The notes beneath the pieces are model-generated. The model was given only the letters and a program-made list of their open reading frames with translations, was not told the DNA's origin and searched no databases. A DNA stretch of 64,000 nt from an uncultured Spirochaetota bacterium (lineage in GTDB: Bacteria; Spirochaetota; Brevinematia; Brevinematales; JAOACQ01), in the NCBI GenBank assembly GCA_963835575.1, contig CAWIGG010000004.1, positions 320,001 through 384,000 on the forward strand, in the 5' to 3' direction. Each line of letters starts with the position of its first letter. Within the stretch, counting starts at the first letter, position 1. Shown here in pieces: positions 58,022 to 64,000 of the stretch. The position numbers and the translations under genes were made by a program.

Positions 58022-58504
58022 GTGGAAACTATTAAAACTAAGGCTTACGGCGAGATCCAGGTGGAAGAAGACACGGTCATTCATTTTAAACGCGAAATCC
58101 TTGGTTTTGAAAACAATCATGATTATTATCTCATCGAAATGGGGGACCTGCCGAATTTCTACTGGCTCCAATCCAAGGAAGAACCCGGTCTGGCCTTTAT
58201 TGTGGTCAACCCCAGGCTTTTTAAACAGGATTATAAACTGGACATTGATGATATAGACAGAGGCCTTCTGGAAATTGAGGACGGGAATGAAATGATCGAT
58301 TTTGTCATCGTGAACATTCCCGAGGACATTAACAAAATGACGATGAACCTCCTCGGGCCCATTGTCATCAATGTCAACAAACGGATCGCCATACAGGGCA
58401 TCTCGCTCAATAACGACTACGGAACAAAAGTATTCATATTCAATCCGGGTGAAGAGGAAATCCCGCAGGACCAGACAAAACAGGAAGCGGCTGAAAATTT
58501 ATAA
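58022..58504 (+). CDS. fliW: Flagellar assembly factor / CsrA antagonist
   Basis: Motifs ILGFE, FYWLQS...LAFIVVNP and MTMNLLGPIVIN; GTG start with GGAGG; TTGAAA-N17-TACAGT at 57968-57996. Confidence 0.9.
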   Translation: METIKTKAYGEIQVEEDTVIHFKREILGFENNHDYYLIEMGDLPNFYWLQSKEEPGLAFIVVNPRLFKQDYKLDIDDIDRGLLEIEDGNEMIDFVIVNIPEDINKMTMNLLGPIVINVNKRIAIQGISLNNDYGTKVFIFNPGEEEIPQDQTKQEAAENL

Positions 58505-58519
58505 CGAGGGGAAAAGGAA

Positions 58520-58768
58520 GTGCTGGTTTTATCAAGACGCGAAGATGAGTCCATCATCATAAACGATGATATAGAAATTAAAGTGATCGGCGTCAAACAG
58601 GATCAGGTTAAAATCGGTATTGTCGCGCCGAAGTCAGTAAAAATATTCAGAAAGGAAATCTATGATGAAATACAGAGCGCTAATATAGCAGCCGCCGCGA
58701 GCGCTGCCGGCAAAGTAGGAGACCTCAAAGAAGCATTATCACAGAAAGAAAAAAAGGGGGAGGTATGA
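58520..58768 (+). CDS. csrA: Carbon storage regulator / translational regulator
   Basis: MLVLSRR..ESIIINDDIEI.V...QVKIGI.APKSVKIFRKEIY with the C-terminal EIQ..N extension typical of FliW-regulated CsrA. Confidence 0.95.
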   Translation: MLVLSRREDESIIINDDIEIKVIGVKQDQVKIGIVAPKSVKIFRKEIYDEIQSANIAAAASAAGKVGDLKEALSQKEKKGEV

Positions 58769-58986
58769 TCAGCAAAGAAAAGCTGGAAATGCTTAAATAT
58801 TACAATAAAGGGCTGGAATTATACAGACAGAGGCAATTCAAGGAATCAAAGGAATATTTTAAAAAAAGCCTGGAAATCGTTCCGGGCGACGGGCCTTCCC
58901 GGATATATATTGAAAGGTGCGATGCTTTTATTCAAAACCCGCCCCCGCCGGATTGGGACGGCGTATTTGTTATGACCACAAAATAA
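58765..58986 (+). CDS. Small TPR protein
   Basis: YNKGLELYRQRQF..S..YF..SL...PGDGPS..YIERC...PPPPDWDGVFVMTTK; ATGA overlap with csrA. Confidence 0.7.
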   Translation: MISKEKLEMLKYYNKGLELYRQRQFKESKEYFKKSLEIVPGDGPSRIYIERCDAFIQNPPPPDWDGVFVMTTK

Positions 58987-59000
58987 GGAGGGATTAGAAA

Positions 59001-59351
59001 ATGCCCCAGAATATTGATCCATACAGGGATTATCCGACAACAACAACTCTCAGCAATACATCTCTCTTCAACGGAGTGATTAGTTTCAAAAATTCTCTGC
59101 GGATTGACGGTGAATATACCGGCAAAATAGACGCCGACGGCCTTCTCGTTGTCGGGCCGCAGGCCAAAATCAAAGGCGACGTTGTCTGCGAAGAAGTCAT
59201 CCTCGGCGGCGAGATCCGCGGAAATATCTTTGCCAAAAAGCGCCTGGAGCTTCTCGAAAGCGCGAAACTTTACGGGGATATCAAAACAGCCAAGTTAAAA
59301 ATCGCGGACGGCGTTATTTTCGAAGGAAAATGCGAGATGACGCAGAAATAA
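59001..59351 (+). CDS. Bactofilin (polymer-forming cytoskeletal protein)
   Basis: LRIDGEYTGKI...VG..AKIKGDV....VILGG.IRGNI...LEL...AKLYGDI....L.I..G..FEG.C.M. Confidence 0.88.
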   Translation: MPQNIDPYRDYPTTTTLSNTSLFNGVISFKNSLRIDGEYTGKIDADGLLVVGPQAKIKGDVVCEEVILGGEIRGNIFAKKRLELLESAKLYGDIKTAKLKIADGVIFEGKCEMTQK

Positions 59352-59360
59352 AAAATCCTG

Positions 59361-59389
59361 TTGACATAATTTATCTTTGAACGTACAAT
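59361..59389 (+). promoter_or_regulatory. Sigma70 promoter
   Basis: TTGACA-N17-TACAAT. Confidence 0.75.
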
Positions 59390-59443
59390 GTATCTCATGA
59401 AAAGCTGGCGTGTGCGGTCCTGCCTTTCTTCAGGAGGTGTGAA

Positions 59444-59779
59444 ATGGTGAATGTAGAGAAAAAAGGCGAAGTCGTTGTTTTAAAAGTATCCGGAAGGCTT
59501 GAAATCAATCAGGCCCTTGAATTGGAAGAGATAATCAATACCCATATAAATAACGGCAGCAAGTTTTTTATTTTTGATCTGGGCGATGTCCATTATCTTT
59601 CCTCAAGCGGGATCCGCGTCTGCATCGCCACTCTCAGGCAGTTAAAAGACATTAAGGGAAGAATGATCCTTTCCAACCTCAGCTCGAACGTCATCAAAAC
59701 GCTTAAAATCGTCGAGCTGGACGGCCTTTTTGAGATCATCAACTCGACGGACAAAGCGGTCAAAGCATTATCGAAATAA
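59444..59779 (+). CDS. STAS-domain anti-sigma-factor antagonist
   Basis: Motifs VSGRLE and DLGDVHYLSSSGIRV. Confidence 0.88.
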   Translation: MVNVEKKGEVVVLKVSGRLEINQALELEEIINTHINNGSKFFIFDLGDVHYLSSSGIRVCIATLRQLKDIKGRMILSNLSSNVIKTLKIVELDGLFEIINSTDKAVKALSK

Positions 59780-60195
59780 TGAGCTTCCGCTTTTTACTCG
59801 CCCTTGCCGGTTTTATACTTATTGTCGGTAGCGGTTCGGCCTGGCTCTTTTATAATATTATAAAAAAGAAAAATCTTCTAAGGGATCTCCTCAATCTTCC
59901 CAAGGAAAGAAGGCTTTTCTGGTATAAGCTCCGCGAGGCGGGTTTTACAATCATATCACACAATACCATCAAAGAAATAGAACTTATCATAGACGGTATG
60001 GATAAAAGCTATTCATTAAAAGCGGATTTTATCGTCAAAAAAAAGAACAGGAAATATGTCTCTCTTTTCGCCCCTCACTTCGAGGAAAAAGAATACCTTA
60101 AACAGCTTTTTGCCTACAGCATCGCTTTCAACGCCGACGGGGTGATTTATTATAATGAAAGCGAAAAGAATTTTACCGTCTGGGAAATGAAGTAA
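59779..60195 (+). CDS. Hypothetical membrane-anchored protein
   Basis: N-terminal transmembrane segment; ADFIVKK...QLFAY, a degenerate PD-(D/E)xK-like pattern; TAATG coupling to the STAS gene. Confidence 0.55.
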   Translation: MSFRFLLALAGFILIVGSGSAWLFYNIIKKKNLLRDLLNLPKERRLFWYKLREAGFTIISHNTIKEIELIIDGMDKSYSLKADFIVKKKNRKYVSLFAPHFEEKEYLKQLFAYSIAFNADGVIYYNESEKNFTVWEMK

Positions 60196-60243
60196 ACTTA
60201 CCTTTTTTTGCCGACCCCAATTCGGCAGGATGAGTGTTATTCT

Positions 60244-60420
60244 ACAGGAAGGCACGAAGGCGCGAAGGGCTACGCCTGTAAAATAAAAGATTGATAAATC
60301 AAAATCCCTTCATATTTAATTAAGATTTTTAAATCGACCCCAATAGAACAGGATCAGCAGGATGTAACAGGATTTGCAGGATGGGTATTAATGTTACAGG
60401 AAGGCACAAAGGCGGTAAGG
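60244..60420 (+). repeat. Cluster of periodic left arms (CACGAAGG 8-nt and CAGGAT 9-nt types)
   Basis: CAGGAAGG CACGAAGG CGCGAAGG; AACAGGATC AGCAGGATG TAACAGGAT TTGCAGGAT; CAGGAAGG CACAAAGG CGGTAAGG. Confidence 0.75.
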
Positions 60421-60494
60421 TATTATTACAATCAATCCGGGAACGATTGAAAAGTAATAGAGTGGCCTAAATATGAGGTAAAAAAGGGGGTAAT

Positions 60495-60836
60495 ATGAAA
60501 CTCAAAGATTTTATTTCTGAAACTTTGAAAGAAATAATTGATGGTGTAAGCGATGCACAAAAATATTATAGTGAGAAAGGTGGATTAATCAATCCAGTTT
60601 TAGATTTCACAGGAGCTGATAAAGCAGTAGTTTATTATGCTCGAGATACTCAACAAATTCCTCAATTCATAGATTTTGATGTTGCGATAACTGCTTCAGA
60701 GGAATCTGGAACAAAAGGTGGAATAGGAGTTTGGGTTGGGCCAGTAGGAGCAGGTATTAAAGGAAAGTCTGATACTTCAAATACTTCAACTAATCGAATT
60801 AAATTTTCAATACCGGTTATTTTACCTAAGGGATAA
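60495..60836 (+). CDS. Trypco2-like small protein
   Basis: MKLKDFISETL..I..GV..AQ...IDFDVAIT....GGIGV...GAG..G.S......RIKFSIPV.LP. Confidence 0.6.
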   Translation: MKLKDFISETLKEIIDGVSDAQKYYSEKGGLINPVLDFTGADKAVVYYARDTQQIPQFIDFDVAITASEESGTKGGIGVWVGPVGAGIKGKSDTSNTSTNRIKFSIPVILPKG

Positions 60837-60864
60837 ATAAGATTGTAATAAATTGGAGGTTATT

Positions 60865-61080
60865 ATGCCTAATGAAACAATTAAAAGAGAAAGAGAACTA
60901 AGTAGGAAGGATACAATTCCCCCTAAAACTACTTATGATCTTAAAGTTATTAAGAATACGGGTACTTATGGATTTGAAAAGGATAGTAACGAATTACTAA
61001 ACAATGGTTATGAACTCAAATTTGCTTCTACTATTGCTCCTAATGAATTAGTGGGTTTTTTTATTAAAAAGAACCATTAA
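60865..61080 (+). CDS. Small hypothetical protein
   Basis: GGAGG RBS before the ATG; AT-rich; 71 aa. Confidence 0.45.
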   Translation: MPNETIKRERELSRKDTIPPKTTYDLKVIKNTGTYGFEKDSNELLNNGYELKFASTIAPNELVGFFIKKNH

Positions 61081-61125
61081 TTTCTATTTTTAAGGCCCTC
61101 AATTAAATTTTCTATACCAGTAGCT

Positions 61126-62521
61126 GAGTTATAATAGAAAGTTGTGTATAGGAATAAATATTATAAAAAAGATGGCGTACCCTCTATAATTTATTTACGA
61201 CAATAAACAAAAGGAGGAATACGCCATATGCCGAAGCACAACGAAGATTTTAAGCTCTTACAGGCTTTTAATCAAGATGAAACAGTAGAATTTTTATGTC
61301 TTGAAGAATTGGCAAGGATCGGGGCCAGGGAAATAATCAAGAAGGCTCTGGAAGATGAAATTAATGGGTTTCTTCAGGAGAGAGAGCATTTAACTATCGA
61401 AGACGGGAGAAAGGCAATAGTAAGAAATGGGTATCATAAAGCCCGTCAGATTCTCATTGGTGGAGGGGCTATTGATGTATGTATTCCGAGAACAAGGAAC
61501 CGACTCGGAGGCGACAATTTTCAAAGCCTAATAGTACCGCCGTATATGAGAAAAAGCCTGAGAATTGAGGAAGCCATTCCATTGTTGTATCTCTATGGAG
61601 TCTCAGAGATGGATATGGAGAATGCCTTGAGAGGATTGCTTGGTGAAGAAGCGAAAGGATTATCAGCCTCAAGTATAAGCAGAATGAAACAAGGATGGGG
61701 TAAAGAATATGATGAGTGGCGGACATCCGATTTAAGCGATAAAAAGTATTGCTATATATGGGTTGACGGCATTTACTTCAATGTACAGGGCAGCGAAGAC
61801 CGTTTATGCACTCTTGTAATGATCGGAGCCAATGAGAATGGTGAAAAGGAGATTATTCTTGTTGAAGAAGGTTACAGAGAGAATTCCGAGACTTGGTTAG
61901 GGATATTAAGAAACCTAAAAGAAAAAGGTTTGAAAGGTCCTATTCTTTTTATCGGAGACGGAAGCCTTGGATTCTGGAAAGCAGCCAAAGAAGTATATCC
62001 TGAATCCAGATGGCAGAGATGCTGGGTTCATAAGATAAAGAACATTCTAAACAAGCTGCCCAAAGTATTACAGTCAAAGGCAAAAGAGATGCTTCATGAG
62101 ATATGCAATGCTCCTGATAAGGATAATGCTATCAAAGCTTTTGAATTATTCCAGGCGGTTTTTAATCCTAAATATCCAGCAGCTGTCGAATGTTTAGAAA
62201 AGGATTGGGAGCTTATGATCGAATTTTATAACTGTCCGGCGGAACATTGGGTACATATCCGTACGACAAACGTAATAGAATCTACCTTCTCTACAGTTCG
62301 ATTAAGAACTAAAAAGATGAGAGGCTGCGGAACCAGGGAAACGATTCTAATAATGGTCTATAAATTACTGGATAAGGCATCCAGGCGATGGAGAAAATTA
62401 AGAGGTTATGAAAAGATTAGCCTTGTATTGGAAGGCGCTGTTTTTGAGAACGGAGAGCTTGTAAAAAAGGCAGCATAAAAAAATGAGAGGGTATGTCATA
62501 CACAACATTTGACAAAAACTC
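61126..62521 (+). mobile_element. IS256-family insertion sequence, 1396 bp
   Basis: Imperfect 24-bp IRs GAGTTATAATAGAAAGTTGTGTAT and GAGTTTTTGTCAAATGTTGTGTAT (reverse complement); 8-bp TSD CAGTAGCT (61118-61125 and 62522-62529). Confidence 0.92.
61228..62478 (+). CDS. IS256-family (mutator-type) transposase
   Basis: Motifs RNGY, IPRTR, YIWVDGI, IGDGSLG, QRCWVHK and RTTNVIES. Confidence 0.93.
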   Translation: MPKHNEDFKLLQAFNQDETVEFLCLEELARIGAREIIKKALEDEINGFLQEREHLTIEDGRKAIVRNGYHKARQILIGGGAIDVCIPRTRNRLGGDNFQSLIVPPYMRKSLRIEEAIPLLYLYGVSEMDMENALRGLLGEEAKGLSASSISRMKQGWGKEYDEWRTSDLSDKKYCYIWVDGIYFNVQGSEDRLCTLVMIGANENGEKEIILVEEGYRENSETWLGILRNLKEKGLKGPILFIGDGSLGFWKAAKEVYPESRWQRCWVHKIKNILNKLPKVLQSKAKEMLHEICNAPDKDNAIKAFELFQAVFNPKYPAAVECLEKDWELMIEFYNCPAEHWVHIRTTNVIESTFSTVRLRTKKMRGCGTRETILIMVYKLLDKASRRWRKLRGYEKISLVLEGAVFENGELVKKAA

Positions 62522-62624
62522 CAGTAGCTTTATTTACAAGATAACCGATAATAATTTACTCTTCAGACAATTGACTTTATAATAACAGTAATAATAAACT
62601 ATTTATGTGAAATAAGGAGTTATT

Positions 62625-62960
62625 ATGGAAAAGGATATACCTGAAATAACAGTTAATTACAAAAAATCAGATTCTTATAGGTCATATCATGCTGATGGTT
62701 TTTTTGGGGGACTTACTCCAAGAGGTTATTTATATATGGAACCCTTTATTGATAGGAGAGTTACCCCCAAAACAATGGTTCATAAAATTATTGATGGAAG
62801 TATTGACTCTGGAACTGTAAAAGAATCTTTAGAGGGTACAATAAGAGAAATTGAATGTGGTATAATAATGGATTTTGAAACTGCTCGAACATTAAGAGAC
62901 TGGCTTGAAGGTAAAATTAAAGAATATGATGGAATAAAACTTATAAAAAAGGGGAAATAA
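62625..62960 (+). CDS. Conserved-looking hypothetical protein (DUF3467-like pattern)
   Basis: YKKS..YR..HADG.FGGLTPRG...RE...I.M....A..L..WL; AGGAG RBS. Confidence 0.55.
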   Translation: MEKDIPEITVNYKKSDSYRSYHADGFFGGLTPRGYLYMEPFIDRRVTPKTMVHKIIDGSIDSGTVKESLEGTIREIECGIIMDFETARTLRDWLEGKIKEYDGIKLIKKGK

Positions 62961-63248
62961 ATGAATAATTACCTATATGATTTAGATTTAATGTCTCAAG
63001 ATTCTTCTTACGGATGTTTTATTATAGGATTTAAAATAGGCAAATATGCTACAAAAGATGTGTATTCAATGATAGGAGCCCAGGCAATGTCAACATCATC
63101 ACTTGTTAAGCTATCTAAGGTATCAGGAATTCAAGTCGAACAAAAAATTCAGTTTAATGCTGGGTTTAGTTCTATGCTTGCAAGTGAAGAATCTTTAAAG
63201 AAAGAATGGTTGTTGCCTGAGGAGGATGAAGCTTGGAAAGATTTGTGA
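62961..63248 (+). CDS. Putative antitoxin (DUF2281-like acidic C-terminus)
   Basis: Ends LASEESLKKEWLLPEEDEAWKDL and overlaps the mazF-like start. Confidence 0.55.
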   Translation: MNNYLYDLDLMSQDSSYGCFIIGFKIGKYATKDVYSMIGAQAMSTSSLVKLSKVSGIQVEQKIQFNAGFSSMLASEESLKKEWLLPEEDEAWKDL

Positions 63249-63416
63249 AAGGGGAAGTTGTTGTTTTAGATTTCCCATTTTCAGATAGATCAAGGGTAAA
63301 AAGAAGGCCTGCTGTTGTACTTTCTGAGATTGAACAAAGTGGCGCGGTAGTAATAACTAATTTAGATGGAGAAGATATAATATTATGTCAAGTTACATCG
63401 GTAAATTATAAGGATG
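63233..63416 (+). pseudogene. mazF: PemK/MazF-family toxin interrupted by IS256
   Basis: KGEVVVLDFPFSD..KRRPAVV...IILCQVTS; the frame runs into the IS end at 63417. Confidence 0.8.
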
Positions 63417-64000
63417 GAGTTTTTGTCAAATGTTGTGTATGACATACCCTCTCATTTTTTTATGCTGCCTTTTTTACAAGCTCTCCGTTCTCAAAAACAG
63501 CGCCTTCCAATACAAGGCTAATCTTTTCATAACCTCTTAATTTTCTCCATCGCCTGGATGCCTTATCCAGTAATTTATAGACCATTATTAGAATCGTTTC
63601 CCTGGTTCCGCAGCCTCTCATCTTTTTAGTTCTTAATCGAACTGTAGAGAAGGTAGATTCTATTACGTTTGTCGTACGGATATGTACCCAATGTTCCGCC
63701 GGACAGTTATAAAATTCGATCATAAGCTCCCAATCCTTTTCTAAACATTCGACAGCTGCTGGATATTTAGGATTAAAAACCGCCTGGAATAATTCAAAAG
63801 CTTTGATAGCATTATCCTTATCAGGAGCATTGCATATCTCATGAAGCATCTCTTTTGCCTTTGACTGTAATACTTTGGGCAGCTTGTTTAGAATGTTCTT
63901 TATCTTATGAACCCAGCATCTCTGCCATCTGGATTCAGGATATACTTCTTTGGCTGCTTTCCAGAATCCAAGGCTTCCGTCTCCGATAAAAAGAATAGGA
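63417..64000 (-). mobile_element. Second IS256 copy, inverted, partial (runs off the window)
   Basis: Reverse complement matches the 3' end of the first copy (same IR; identical translated C-terminus ...ENGELVKKAA at 63460-64000). Confidence 0.92.

Noticed and set aside
63400..63430. Hybrid antisense promoter from the TTGACA of the second IS256 and a flanking TATAAT
   Set aside because: The spacing is only 13 bp.
1..64000. tRNA, rRNA, prophage structural genes, reverse transcriptase or DGR
   Set aside because: No recognisable motifs were seen by eye. The many remaining short antisense ORFs overlap well-supported genes and are treated as spurious.

Overview
A 64-kb bacterial chromosomal segment, probably from a flagellated diderm. 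A spirochaete-like host is inferred from the rod-binding-only FlgJ, the flgN-flgK-flgL-fliW-csrA order and the lipoprotein ApbE. The housekeeping backbone includes thrC, lysC, tmk, dxr, purE, lspA and apbE, a complete Pho/Pst cluster (phoB, phoR, porin, pstSCAB, phoU, arsC), K+ transporters and a flagellar operon. Accessory content includes an IS1182-family element splitting lhr, a type III R-M system, two inverted IS256 copies (one breaking a mazF-like toxin) and several AT-rich orphan genes. The most notable observations are: (1) a co-oriented cluster of an AfsA-like hotdog/PilZ fusion, a divergent IspH-like Fe-S protein, a stand-alone dCache lipoprotein and a hybrid histidine kinase, which looks like a small-molecule synthesis-and-sensing system; (2) a family of 8-9-nt-periodic repeat arms that bracket foreign genes as inverted, nested or direct pairs, with empty versions too; (3) five promoters with identical 11-bp-repeat geometry defining a Pho regulon, one apparently driving a ~100-nt non-coding RNA; (4) a fluoride riboswitch upstream of a DUF6062-like gene and a cation:proton antiporter; (5) CsrA-type AGGA hairpins, in the flgN leader and in a highly structured intergenic element. 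All calls come from reading motifs by eye; no database searches were run.
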